Assembly (NCBI GenBank): GCA_034430615.1
Contig: DAOUEJ010000203.1
Span: 1,575 to 65,574, forward strand
Origin: Anaerolineales bacterium
GTDB lineage: Bacteria > Chloroflexota > Anaerolineae > Anaerolineales > E44-bin32
DNA length: 64,000 bases
Direction of reading: 5' to 3'
Shown: one piece after another, positions 39,801-48,997 of the stretch
How positions within the stretch are numbered: position 1 is the stretch's first letter
Layout: each line of letters opens with the position of its first letter
The notes under the pieces: generated by a model
What the model was told of the DNA's origin: nothing
The model's input: the letters and a program-made list of their open reading frames with translations, nothing else
Databases searched by the model: none
Position numbers and translations under genes: made by a program

Positions 39801-41588
39801 ATGCAGCATCAATTCGAAGTTGTCATCGTCGGCGGGGGCGGAGCTGGATTGATGGCCGCCCTGACCGCGTCCAAGGGTGCGTCCACAGCCGTTCTGAGCA
39901 AGCTCTACCCGGTCCGCTCGCACACCGGCGCGGCGCAAGGCGGGGTCGGCGCCGCGCTTGGCAGCGAGGAAGAGGACCGCCCCGAGTGGCATACGTACGA
40001 CACGGTCAAGGGCAGCGATTATCTCGGGGATCAGGATGCGATCGAATTCATGTGCGCACAGGCTGTTGAAACAGTGTATGAGCTTGAGCACATAGGCTTA
40101 CCCTTCAACCGCACGGCAGAAGGAAGGATCGCCCAGCGCCCGTTTGGCGGTCATACCAATAACGAAACCGGCAAACCTGTGCGTCGGGCAGCCTACGCTG
40201 CCGACCGCACAGGACATATGATCCTGCAGACCCTGTACCAGCAGTGCATCAAGCAGAAGGTTAATTTTTTTGATGAATTTCAGGTCCTGGATCTGCTCAT
40301 CAGCAAGGGTGCTGCCTGTGGTGTGATCGCGGTCGAGTTGGCTACCGGCGAACTGCACACTTTCCACGCCAAGGCGGTCATTTTCGCTACCGGCGGGTGG
40401 GGACGGGTGTGGGAGATCACTTCCAACGCCCACTCCTACACCGGGGATGGGGTCGCAGTGACGCTGCGGCGGGGCATTCCGGCGGAAGACATGGAGTTCT
40501 TCCAGTTCCATCCAACCGGCATTTACCGCATGGGCATCCTGATCACGGAGGGCGTGCGCGGCGAAGGCGGCGTGCTGGTCAACAACGATGGCGAGCGCTT
40601 CATGGAGCGTTATGCCCCGACCGCCAAGGATCTGGCTTCGCGCGATGTCATCAGCCGGGCCATGTACCTAGAAATGAGGGATGGGCGTGGCATCAACGGC
40701 AAGCGCTATCTGTACCTGGACGTACGTCCAGACACGGTGAATAAGTATGCCCGTAGCGACGGGCGCACCTGGCCCGATGGATCGCCCTACCAGATCTCCG
40801 GGGCTGACATCATGTCCAAACTGCCGGACATTATCGACTTTTGCCGCACCTACATGGGGGTCGATCCGGTGACGCAGCCGATGCCGGTTCAACCTACCGC
40901 TCACTACGCTATGGGCGGTATCCCGACGACGATGTACGGCGAGGTCGTGATTGACGATAAAAATACGCTGATGCCCGGGTTATTTGCGGCGGGGGAGACG
41001 GCCTGCGTCTCGGTGCATGGTGCCAACCGTCTGGGAACGAACTCATTGCTCGATATCATCGTCTTCGGCAAGCACTCCGGGCTACGGGCGGCCGAGTACG
41101 CCAACCAAAGCACCTACCTTCCGTTGCCAGCAGAACCGGAGGGGTTCGTGCGTGAGCAATTGGAAGCGCTTCGAAATGCGGACGGCAGCGAGCTCGCCGT
41201 CGACCTGCGCAAGGAAATGCAAGATATCATGTTCGCCGATGTAGGCGTTTTCCGCACAGAAGAAGGCATGTCGGCCGCGCTCGAGAAAGTGAAAGAACTC
41301 AAGCAGCGCTTCCGTAATGTGCGAGCAAAGGACCCGAGCCGCATCTTCAACACCGATATCCTTGAGGCTTGGGAACTGGGCTGCTTGTTGGACCTGGCAC
41401 ATGTTACGGCCAGGTCGGCTCTCGAGCGCAAGGAAAGCCGCGGAGCGCATGCACGCGATGATTATCCCGAAAGGGATGATGTGAACTGGCTCAAGCATTC
41501 ACTAGCCTACCTGGACGATAAGGGTGTCTCGCTGAAATACAAACCGGTGACGATGACACGCTTCGAGCCCAAGAAACGGGTGTACTAG
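39801..41588 (+). CDS. sdhA: succinate dehydrogenase flavoprotein subunit
   Basis: VVIVGGGGAGL, the RSHTGAAQGG covalent-FAD His context, HPTG, and HGANRLG. Confidence 0.95.
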   Translation: MQHQFEVVIVGGGGAGLMAALTASKGASTAVLSKLYPVRSHTGAAQGGVGAALGSEEEDRPEWHTYDTVKGSDYLGDQDAIEFMCAQAVETVYELEHIGLPFNRTAEGRIAQRPFGGHTNNETGKPVRRAAYAADRTGHMILQTLYQQCIKQKVNFFDEFQVLDLLISKGAACGVIAVELATGELHTFHAKAVIFATGGWGRVWEITSNAHSYTGDGVAVTLRRGIPAEDMEFFQFHPTGIYRMGILITEGVRGEGGVLVNNDGERFMERYAPTAKDLASRDVISRAMYLEMRDGRGINGKRYLYLDVRPDTVNKYARSDGRTWPDGSPYQISGADIMSKLPDIIDFCRTYMGVDPVTQPMPVQPTAHYAMGGIPTTMYGEVVIDDKNTLMPGLFAAGETACVSVHGANRLGTNSLLDIIVFGKHSGLRAAEYANQSTYLPLPAEPEGFVREQLEALRNADGSELAVDLRKEMQDIMFADVGVFRTEEGMSAALEKVKELKQRFRNVRAKDPSRIFNTDILEAWELGCLLDLAHVTARSALERKESRGAHARDDYPERDDVNWLKHSLAYLDDKGVSLKYKPVTMTRFEPKKRVY

Positions 41589-41595
41589 GAGAGGT

Positions 41596-42300
41596 ATGAT
41601 GGAGGTCAAGCTTCGAATACTGCGCTACAACCCGGAAACCGATTCAAAACCCCACTACGAGGTCTACGCGATTGAGGCCGAGGAGAACGACCAGATCCTC
41701 GACCTGCTCAACCGCGTCAAGTGGTACCAGGATGGCACGCTTTCCTACCGCCGTTCCTGCGCACACGGGGTATGCGGATCGGATGCGGTCAGAATCAACG
41801 GGGTCAATCGACTGGCTTGCAAGGTGCTGGTAAAGGATGTTGGAAGGAAGGTAACAGTCGAACCGCTGCTTGGGCTACGGGTGATCAAAGACCTGATCGT
41901 CGACATGGAGCCGTTTTTCGACCACTACAAGTCGGTGATTCCATACTTCGTGAACGACGAACCTGCTCCTGCGCGCGAACGGCTTCAGAGCCCGGAGGAA
42001 CGGGCCCGTTTTGATGATACGACCAAGTGCATCCTGTGTGCTGCGTGCACGACCTCCTGTCCGTCCTTCTGGGCCAGCGGCGAGTATGTTGGTCCGGCCG
42101 CGGTCGTACAGGCGCACCGCTTCATCTACGACAGCCGCGATCGGGCCGGCGCCGAGCGGCTGGAGCTGCTTAATGACCGCGTCGGGGTTTGGCGCTGCCA
42201 TGATATCTACAACTGCACCAACGCGTGCCCGCGTGAAATCGAGGTGACCAAAGCGGTGGGCGAAGTCAAGCTGGCGATTGCGACCGGCCGTATTGAGTAG
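41596..42300 (+). CDS. sdhB: succinate dehydrogenase iron-sulfur subunit
   Basis: CAHGVCGSD (2Fe-2S), CILCAACTTSCP and CHDIYNCTNACP ferredoxin motifs. Confidence 0.95.
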   Translation: MMEVKLRILRYNPETDSKPHYEVYAIEAEENDQILDLLNRVKWYQDGTLSYRRSCAHGVCGSDAVRINGVNRLACKVLVKDVGRKVTVEPLLGLRVIKDLIVDMEPFFDHYKSVIPYFVNDEPAPARERLQSPEERARFDDTTKCILCAACTTSCPSFWASGEYVGPAAVVQAHRFIYDSRDRAGAERLELLNDRVGVWRCHDIYNCTNACPREIEVTKAVGEVKLAIATGRIE

Positions 42301-42342
42301 CCCCCTGAGGCACCCTCGCGCCGCCCGCGGGTTTGATGAAGC

Positions 42343-43419
42343 ATGGACCTGAGAGAGATCTTCGACCGACCACCCCGCATCCTGATCGCCGATGACGATT
42401 GGCTCAATCGGGATCTACTGAAGACCTATCTGGTCAATTCCGGCTGCGAGGTGGTCACGGCGCCCGATGGAAGATCTGCGCTCGAGCTGGCAATGCAGAC
42501 CCCCCCTGATTTGGCCCTGGTCGACGTGCAGATGCCGCGCATGGATGGCCTTTCGCTCTGCAAGACGCTCAAATCTAACCTGGCAACCCGCTTTGTCCCG
42601 ATCGTGATCGTGACGGCCCTCGACAGCGATGACGAGAAGCTAAAGGCGATTGAGGCCGGAGCCGACGATTTCATTACCAAGCCCTACTCTTCGGTGGTGC
42701 TGCTCACACGGCTGCGCTCGCTCTTGCGAATCAAGCAACTGCACGATGAAGTCGAATCGCGCAACCGGTTGCTGCGGCAGGTGTTGGACCGCTTCCTGGC
42801 GGAGGACGTGACCGATATCATCCTCACCGACCCCGAGCGCTACTTGAAGCTGGGGGGCGACATCCTTCAGGTCACCGTCTTGTTCGCAGATATCCGTGGC
42901 TTCACACGCTTTACCGAAGAGCACAGCGCCGAGCACGTCATCGAAACGCTGAACAGGATCTACCAGGCACTCAGCAAGGTAGTCTTCGAACACCGCGGGA
43001 CTTTTGATAAGTACCTCGGCGACGGCTTCATGGCCTTCTACGGGGCGCCGGTGGCAGCCGAGGATGACGCCTTGCGCGCGCTCGAAACCTCGATCGAGAT
43101 GCAGCGGCTCTTTAAGGAACTACGGGATAGTTCGGGTGATGAATTGAAGAACCTGGGGCTGGGCATCGGGCTGCACTCCGGCGAGGCGGTCGTGGGAAAC
43201 ATCGGCTCGGAGAAAGTGATGGACTACACCGTGATCGGGGATGTGGTGAATGTCGCAAAGCGGCTGCAGGAGCAGGCTGGTGGGGGACAGATCTTGCTCA
43301 GCAAGAACACGTACGAGCTGGCGCACAAAGAAGTCGATGCCGAACCCCTCGAGCCGATCCAGGTCATCGGCCGGCGGGAGCCGATCCCGGCGTACTTAAT
43401 CCAGGTCTCGGGCACTTGA
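42343..43419 (+). CDS. response-regulator receiver fused to class III adenylate/guanylate cyclase
   Basis: Receiver: ILIADDD...DLALVDVQMPRMDG...IVTA...KPY. Cyclase: VTVLFADIRGFT...KYLGDGFMAFYG...GNIGS. Confidence 0.9.
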   Translation: MDLREIFDRPPRILIADDDWLNRDLLKTYLVNSGCEVVTAPDGRSALELAMQTPPDLALVDVQMPRMDGLSLCKTLKSNLATRFVPIVIVTALDSDDEKLKAIEAGADDFITKPYSSVVLLTRLRSLLRIKQLHDEVESRNRLLRQVLDRFLAEDVTDIILTDPERYLKLGGDILQVTVLFADIRGFTRFTEEHSAEHVIETLNRIYQALSKVVFEHRGTFDKYLGDGFMAFYGAPVAAEDDALRALETSIEMQRLFKELRDSSGDELKNLGLGIGLHSGEAVVGNIGSEKVMDYTVIGDVVNVAKRLQEQAGGGQILLSKNTYELAHKEVDAEPLEPIQVIGRREPIPAYLIQVSGT

Positions 43420-43500
43420 GCCCACCATCCTATATGTCTGATTTGAGGCACGGGCCAGGCACGCGGGGATGCTATAATTCCGTTGAGTCGTATACTGCCG

Positions 43501-43574
43501 GCCCCAGTAGCTCAAATGGATAGAGCAAGGCTCTCCTAAAGCCTAGGTTGTGCGTTCAAATCGCGCCTGGGGCA
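43501..43574 (+). tRNA. tRNA-Arg (anticodon CCT), no encoded CCA
   Basis: Hand-folded cloverleaf: acceptor GCCCCAG/CTGGGGC, D stem GCTC/GAGC, anticodon stem AGGCT/AGCCT with loop CTCCTAA, T stem GTGCG/CGCGC with loop TTCAAAT, discriminator A. Confidence 0.9.
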
Positions 43575-43577
43575 CAA

Positions 43578-43606
43578 AGCGCCTCCCGCAAGGGAGGTGC
43601 TTTACC
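43578..43606. terminator. hairpin terminator between the tRNA and a convergent acyltransferase gene
   Basis: AGCGCCTCCC-GCAA-GGGAGGTGCT followed by TTACC. The U-tract is weak. Confidence 0.5.
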
Positions 43607-43657
43607 TATCGTTTTATGGACAGCGGTATCCGTTTCGGGGCGGACACCCCGCGGTCG

Positions 43658-44770
43658 TCACAGCTGCTTTTGATAAATCCGGTAGCGACGCAGTGGCGAG
43701 GCGTCCAGCTTGCGGATGGCATTGTTCATGGGGACGTTATCTTCCAGCACGTAGTTGATCTCCAGCCAGACATCGGGTGCGTTGAGCGATTCGTAAAGTT
43801 TGCGGTAGATCAGGCTATCGACGCCCAGGCCGTGGTATTCGGGGATCACGCCCAGCGCGAACATGCGGTAGCTGCGCAACCGGGGTAGGCCGTAGAGTAG
43901 TTTAATCCAGCCGAAAGGCAGCAGCCGGCCGTTCAGCCCCCGCAGCAGTTCGTTGACGTTGGGAAGAGCGATGGCGAAGCCGATCGGACGCCCGGTAGCA
44001 TCCTCGGCGATGATCACCCCCTTGGGCTGGATAACCGGTTTCAGGTCACGCGCCATGGCCCGGGCCTCGGCCTCCGTCACGGGAGCATACCCCCAGTTGT
44101 CGGCAAGGCTCTGGTTGGATAGGTCGACGATCGTCTTCACCTCCTGATCGTAGCGGCGCATATCCACCTGGCGCACTGTGACGCCATAGCGCCGGGCGAC
44201 GGCATCAGTCAAGGTGAGAATGCGAGCCGGGATGCGGTAGCCATCGGCAGACGAAACGGAATAGCACAGCAGGTCCTTGATCTTGCGCAGGCCGAAACTC
44301 TCCATCTGCCCGATGTAATAAGGTGGGTTGTAGGGCGCCATAATGGTTGGCGGGGGCGAGAATCCTTCGACCACCAGCCCCCATTCCTGGGAGACAAAGG
44401 TCCATGGGCCGCGCACGGTTTGCATGCCGCGCCCGCGCAGCCAGGCGGCGGCCGTTTCGAGCAGCATGTTCGCGGCAACTTCATCGTCCGGGCATTCGTA
44501 ATACCCGTACAGCCCAACCTGCTCGTTCCAGAAGTCGAGCGCCAGGTGATCGATGAAGGCCGCGATGCGCCCGATCACTCGCTCCCCCTCCAGGAGCAGG
44601 AAGAGCGCATATTCACAGTGGTCGAGCAGCGGGTTGCGCTTCGGGTCGAATTGACCCCACTGTTCGTCGCGCAGCGGCGGCACCCAGAGCGGATCATCCC
44701 TGTAGTGGCGGTAGGGCAGATCGATGAACAGCTTAAGGTCAGCCTTTGATTCCACGCGCTGGATCTTCAT
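43658..44770 (-). CDS. uncharacterised GNAT-like acyltransferase family protein
   Basis: 371 aa from the ATG at 44770 (GAGGAG RBS). The N-terminus MKIQRVESKADLKLFIDLPYRHYRDDPLWVPPL matches proteins I recall being annotated as N-acetyltransferase. Confidence 0.7.
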   Translation of the reverse strand: MKIQRVESKADLKLFIDLPYRHYRDDPLWVPPLRDEQWGQFDPKRNPLLDHCEYALFLLLEGERVIGRIAAFIDHLALDFWNEQVGLYGYYECPDDEVAANMLLETAAAWLRGRGMQTVRGPWTFVSQEWGLVVEGFSPPPTIMAPYNPPYYIGQMESFGLRKIKDLLCYSVSSADGYRIPARILTLTDAVARRYGVTVRQVDMRRYDQEVKTIVDLSNQSLADNWGYAPVTEAEARAMARDLKPVIQPKGVIIAEDATGRPIGFAIALPNVNELLRGLNGRLLPFGWIKLLYGLPRLRSYRMFALGVIPEYHGLGVDSLIYRKLYESLNAPDVWLEINYVLEDNVPMNNAIRKLDASPLRRYRIYQKQL

Positions 44771-45178
44771 CTTGCGCTCCTCGTACAGGGATGCGGCGGA
44801 CCTGCCCAGACCTTTGAAAACCGTTTCCCTGCTTGGGTTCGATGCGAGGTGCATATCTTCGAACAGTTCGTGTTAGATCGCAACCCGGCAAAGTTGGGGT
44901 GCCGGGCGTTGTGAGGGGCCTGAACACTTACACGCGAATTACTTGTTCCCTGCCTTTCCGGCTCCGCATTCCGGCAGTTATCGTTGTGTGAGTCATAGAA
45001 GTCCGGTCGCAAAGCAGGCCGGACTCATTTGTTAATGGTGGGAGCTTTTTTTTGCGAAACCAACGCGGGCAGGTATTGTATTTGTGGATAAAAACCGAGT
45101 CACCGTATAAATGCTGGCTTGGTCTGCCCGCAAGATCTGGAAGCCTATGCGCAGTCGCAAACCGTGTGGAGTTGTCTG

Positions 45179-45505
45179 TCAATCAGGCAGGTCGTCCAGG
45201 ACCTGCTGCATGCTCCGCTTGTATTCCCGGAAGGCTTTCCTTCCCAGTTCGGTAAGCCGTAAGCGCGTGTGGGGTTTCTTGCCCAGAAAGGTCTTCTCGA
45301 TTTCGACGTAGCCAGCCTGCTCCAGCTTGGCCAGATGGGTGGCCAAGTTGCCCCAGGTTAAGCCGGTCAGGTTCTTCAGGAAAACGTAGTCCGCACTCTC
45401 GACGACATAAAGGTAGGTAAGGACCATTAGCCTGGCGGAGGCGTGAATGACCTGATCGATGTCGGCAAGCGGGTGCAGATCCTGATCTGGAAGTGTTCTG
45501 GCCAT
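45179..45505 (-). CDS. winged-helix transcriptional regulator (HTH_34/ArsR-MarR-like)
   Basis: ...IHASARLMVLTYLYVVESADYVFLKNLTGLTWGNLATHLAKLEQAGYVEIEK... The start lies 1 nt after the upstream stop. Confidence 0.8.
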   Translation of the reverse strand: MARTLPDQDLHPLADIDQVIHASARLMVLTYLYVVESADYVFLKNLTGLTWGNLATHLAKLEQAGYVEIEKTFLGKKPHTRLRLTELGRKAFREYKRSMQQVLDDLPD

Positions 45506-45506
45506 C

Positions 45507-46148
45507 TCAGGCTTGCCTCCCGGGGAGGCCGTTCTCCGGTGCGGGATAGCTGCGCAGAAGTTGCACGAACAGGCCAAGGCCGATCAGGATCATCACCCCC
45601 GCGACGGCTCCAAAGGTGACCGGGAAGCCGTGGTGGGTGGTAAGCCCTCTGGAAAACAACCACTCACCAACCAGCGGGGAAAGCCCAGCCAGCAAGCCAT
45701 ACAGATACAGCCGCGGTAGGTTAAGGACGTAAGCTGCAAAGCTAAACCCGAGCAAGAGCATCAGCCCAAAGGCCATCGAGGTCAATTGGCCAGGGATGGA
45801 TCTGTAGTTGAGCGCGGCAAGGATGCCCAGAACGAGAGCAAGGAGGTTCACCACAAGCATGAGAAAGCTTAATCTGCCCAGTGCGGCTCTGCGGGTTTCG
45901 CCGAAGATCACGTACCCGACACGGGGCAGAATGACGCGCTTTCGGATTTGCCGGATCGCCAGGTAAAGCAGCCCCCAGACGGGGAGGAACACCGCCGAAC
46001 TCCAGAAATCTCCCAGCCGTGCGCTGAGCAAGGGAGCAACCGAGAACATGATAAAGAAGCACCCCAGGAACATATCCCAGAGTCCATCATTGGTAGCGGT
46101 TCTAAAAACCTTCCGTTCTGCATCTTTGAGGCTGATTGGTTGAGACAC
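45507..46148 (-). CDS. polytopic membrane protein, function unknown, co-transcribed with the regulator
   Basis: 213 aa, 5-6 TM segments. GTG start with AGGAGG 7 nt upstream. Confidence 0.75.
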   Translation of the reverse strand: MSQPISLKDAERKVFRTATNDGLWDMFLGCFFIMFSVAPLLSARLGDFWSSAVFLPVWGLLYLAIRQIRKRVILPRVGYVIFGETRRAALGRLSFLMLVVNLLALVLGILAALNYRSIPGQLTSMAFGLMLLLGFSFAAYVLNLPRLYLYGLLAGLSPLVGEWLFSRGLTTHHGFPVTFGAVAGVMILIGLGLFVQLLRSYPAPENGLPGRQA

Positions 46149-46200
46149 GGGAGACCTCCTGGAGTAGTTACAATCTTGGGTTCAATGCCTTGTCTTTGTG

Positions 46201-46249
46201 TTTCAAAGTACTTTGAAATTATATTATGTCGGAAATGCCCGAATGTCAA
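46201..46249 (-). promoter_or_regulatory. sigma70-like promoter (TTGACA-17 nt-TAATAT) followed by a perfect 18-bp palindrome operator
   Basis: Minus strand reads TTGACA (46249-46244), a 17-nt spacer, TAATAT (46226-46221), then TTTCAAAGTACTTTGAAA (46218-46201) covering the expected +1. Confidence 0.5.
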
Positions 46250-46327
46250 ACGGTTGGGAGGGTGCACAGGGGAGAATCTGGGAACGAATGATGAATAGCC
46301 GCTCCCGTCGAACGCGGTGGACTATAG

Positions 46328-46352
46328 AAAAAGCCCGGTCATTAGACCGGGC
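46328..46352 (-). terminator. intrinsic terminator of the DUF937 gene
   Basis: Minus strand: GCCCGGTC-TAAT-GACCGGGC followed by TTTTT. Confidence 0.7.
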
Positions 46353-46384
46353 CAGGTTGATCGTTTAGCGATGCAGTCCTCTGG

Positions 46385-46978
46385 TTACTTTTTCCCGCCA
46401 AACAGACCGCCGAGTAGGTTCGCACCCAGGCTGATGACCTCTTCAGTCATGTCGCCGTCGCCGTCCATATCCAGGAGTCGCGCCAGGCCGGAGGTCGTCT
46501 TCTCGACCGTGTCACGCTCCTGCTGCAGCACCTGCGACACGCCCTGCGCGTCGAGCGAATTATTCTGCTGGATCTTACCGAGCGCGCCCATAACGATCGG
46601 TGCTAGGATCGCCAGCAACGTGGAGACGGCCTGGGGATCCAGCCCGCTGCCCTTGCTGACATTGCTCTCCACTGAGCCTTGTTTCTCGCCGAAGACGTGC
46701 CCCAGGATGGCCATGCCATCCTTGATCGTGTCTTTTTGTGAGACCTTCTCGATGAGGCCGTCAAGGATGCTGCCGTCGTGGTCCTGCTGCAGGGCCTGGG
46801 TCAGCGCCTGTGCGCCATCGGGCGAGGAGGCGTTGCGGTTCAGGGCGCCGATCAGCATTGGCAGCGCCAGGCCGATCGCCTGCTGCGCCTGACCGTCATC
46901 AATGCCAAGCTGGTCGCTGATCTTTGAGACCGCACCTCCGCCGAGGTGCGAAACGATAAGTTGAAGTACCGAGTCCAT
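46385..46978 (-). CDS. DUF937 family protein
   Basis: MDSVLQLIVSHLGGGAVSKISDQLGIDDGQAQQAIGLALPMLIGALNRNA plus repeated helical modules typical of DUF937. Confidence 0.8.
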   Translation of the reverse strand: MDSVLQLIVSHLGGGAVSKISDQLGIDDGQAQQAIGLALPMLIGALNRNASSPDGAQALTQALQQDHDGSILDGLIEKVSQKDTIKDGMAILGHVFGEKQGSVESNVSKGSGLDPQAVSTLLAILAPIVMGALGKIQQNNSLDAQGVSQVLQQERDTVEKTTSGLARLLDMDGDGDMTEEVISLGANLLGGLFGGKK

Positions 46979-47116
46979 GGATTAACCTGTTCCCCTTCTA
47001 GGATTTCTTGGTAGAATGCCATCCCCCAGCATCTTCAAAAGTGTATCATAGCTCGTAGGAGGAGCTGATGCCTCCCGATAAACCATGGCTTGATAAAATC
47101 GACCCAAGGAAGGCTC

Positions 47117-47596
47117 ATGGCCCAGAAGACGAATGCCATGCGTGTGCTCGATCAGGCCGGGATCTACTACCGGGTTGAGACCTATGAACTGGAAAGGGCA
47201 GACCAACTCGCCGATCGTGCGGCGAAGGCATTGGGTATCGCACCCGAGCGCATCTTTAAAACCCTGGTAGCGATCGGTGATCGGGTCGGTCCGCTTCTCG
47301 TCCTGGTCCCGGCTGGGACAGAGGTTGATCTACGCCGCCTGGCGGACGCGACCGGCAATAAGCGGGTCGATATAGCGCCACAGCGTGATGTGCTGGGGCT
47401 AACGGGTTATGAACGCGGCACAGTGACGCCGCTGGCGATGGCGAAGAGCTACCCGATCTGGATCGACGAGACGGTCGAACTGTGGGATGAAGTCGGGATC
47501 AGCGCAGGTGCGCACGGGCTCGAGATCATGCTCGTGCCAAAGGATCTGCTGCGCGTGACAGGAGCGCGGACGGCGGACGTCGCCCGCTCGCGCTAG
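47117..47596 (+). CDS. ybaK: Cys-tRNA(Pro)/Cys-tRNA(Cys) deacylase
   Basis: MAQKTNAMRVLD...Y, and the YbaK/EbsC layout with GYERGTVTPL. AAGGAAGG RBS upstream of the ATG at 47117. Confidence 0.85.
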   Translation: MAQKTNAMRVLDQAGIYYRVETYELERADQLADRAAKALGIAPERIFKTLVAIGDRVGPLLVLVPAGTEVDLRRLADATGNKRVDIAPQRDVLGLTGYERGTVTPLAMAKSYPIWIDETVELWDEVGISAGAHGLEIMLVPKDLLRVTGARTADVARSR

Positions 47597-47615
47597 GCGG
47601 TTGTTGATTTGGTTT

Positions 47616-47948
47616 TTACGCCGGGGCGCGAGCGCCCATCCAGAAGCGCGGCCAAGAACCACCGCTGCCGCGCAATGCAATAAGCGAATACAAGCTGGCG
47701 GCGAAAAAGCCCAGCACCATCACCAGCGCGATCCAGACCAACGCGCGGGGCCAGCTCGCCTCACGGTATACGATCCAGCCCGAGAAGAGCGCAAAACCCA
47801 CGTACAGATCGACCAGCGAGACGATCCCCCACGGCATCGAGAGCAGGGTCGAGCCCTCGGCCGCAAAATCTCCCTGGATAAAAGCATAGGCCAGCACGAC
47901 CCCCATGGCGGTCAGCCCCAGTCCGGCCAGCAGCGTTGCATTTCGCAT
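47616..47948 (-). CDS. DUF1475 family small membrane protein
   Basis: 110 aa, 3-4 TM segments, with ...AYAFIQGDFAAEGSTLLSMPWGIVSLVDLYVGF... Confidence 0.7.
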   Translation of the reverse strand: MRNATLLAGLGLTAMGVVLAYAFIQGDFAAEGSTLLSMPWGIVSLVDLYVGFALFSGWIVYREASWPRALVWIALVMVLGFFAASLYSLIALRGSGGSWPRFWMGARAPA

Positions 47949-48103
47949 CGTGTACTCCCTCCTAAGCGCGCCTCCGGTGAAGCGCGCCTGCAGCAGGGAT
48001 TAGACCGGACCCGGGCCGATCAGTCAAGGCTGTCACCTGGACCCCTTGTGAGGGATTGATAGCAGGTCAGGAGGTGAGCAGCCAGTGGCTCTACCGGAAA
48101 GAC

Positions 48104-48132
48104 AAAAAAGCCCCATCCGACACGGATGGGGC
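48104..48132 (-). terminator. intrinsic terminator of the Roadblock/LC7 gene
   Basis: Minus strand: GCCCCATCCG-loop-CGGATGGGGC followed by TTTTTT. Confidence 0.75.
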
Positions 48133-48165
48133 CAGGGGGGATTCGATGTGGTAGTCGTTGAAAAA

Positions 48166-48648
48166 TCAGCCTTCTTCGATGTATTTCTTAAGATCATCCG
48201 ACCGCATTAGCAGTGTGTTTGGTTCGGAAAATTTCCTTGAACTCATATCAAGTGCTTGCATTAATGCTGGTACGGCATCCTTTAGGGCGCCGAAGATCTT
48301 GTGGATCGGGGTTTTTGAGCCGTAGCCAATGCTGAGAGCAACTTCACGATTGATGCGCATCACCAACTGCTGCAGTTCGGCGCCGGCCATGAGGGTATAG
48401 CGCCATTTTCCAAAGGAGACCTCAGCCTGGGCCTTCTCTCCCATGCGCATGATGTGTGCGCTGGCTGCGATCGCTAAGTCGAGGCCGCTGCCCATGTCTT
48501 CCGGGTAATTGGCTAGGATCAGCCCGTCGTAATCCATCAGGATCGCCCAGCGGAAATCCGAGCCAGGCGCTTTTAGTATGCGCAGGGCTTCTTCCAACGC
48601 CGTCACGCGCGGATCGATGCTCGTTGTTGAATCTGAATTTGGATACAT
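48166..48648 (-). CDS. Roadblock/LC7 (MglB-like) domain protein
   Basis: The pattern ...WAILMDYDGLILANYPED...LAIAASAHIMRMGEKA...LQQLVMRINREVALSI follows the Roadblock fold. Confidence 0.65.
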   Translation of the reverse strand: MYPNSDSTTSIDPRVTALEEALRILKAPGSDFRWAILMDYDGLILANYPEDMGSGLDLAIAASAHIMRMGEKAQAEVSFGKWRYTLMAGAELQQLVMRINREVALSIGYGSKTPIHKIFGALKDAVPALMQALDMSSRKFSEPNTLLMRSDDLKKYIEEG

Positions 48649-48997
48649 CGCGTCCCCTCTACCTTATCAGTTCCAGGCCATCAGCCCTATTTTGGCATAG
48701 AACTGGATGAATGGACATTGCGAACGCTTTACAATTGCCCGCCATCTTGTGCCTACTGAGGTCCAAGCCAAGGGCCTTGTGAACTAAACGTGATCAAGGC
48801 CACTCTCCGCGTAGACGCCGCCGCGCTCGGAGGGCATTCCGAGCTCACGACCAACCCTGCAAGAAACGAACCGCTGCAGGATCCAATTTGAACGGCCGAC
48901 CTCCGGCAATGACACTTTCTGGCTGAATGGGTCGATCACCGCTTGAACCACCCCGTTGATACGAGGACCTGGATGCACTTATCTCACAGGGTCGCAG

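Noticed and set aside
43575-48650. Possible genomic island integrated at tRNA-Arg(CCT)
   Set aside because: I found no integrase or recombinase gene and no direct repeat of the tRNA 3' end, and there is no obvious compositional break. The genes are ordinary chromosomal types (ybaK, DUF937, a transporter-like protein and its regulator).
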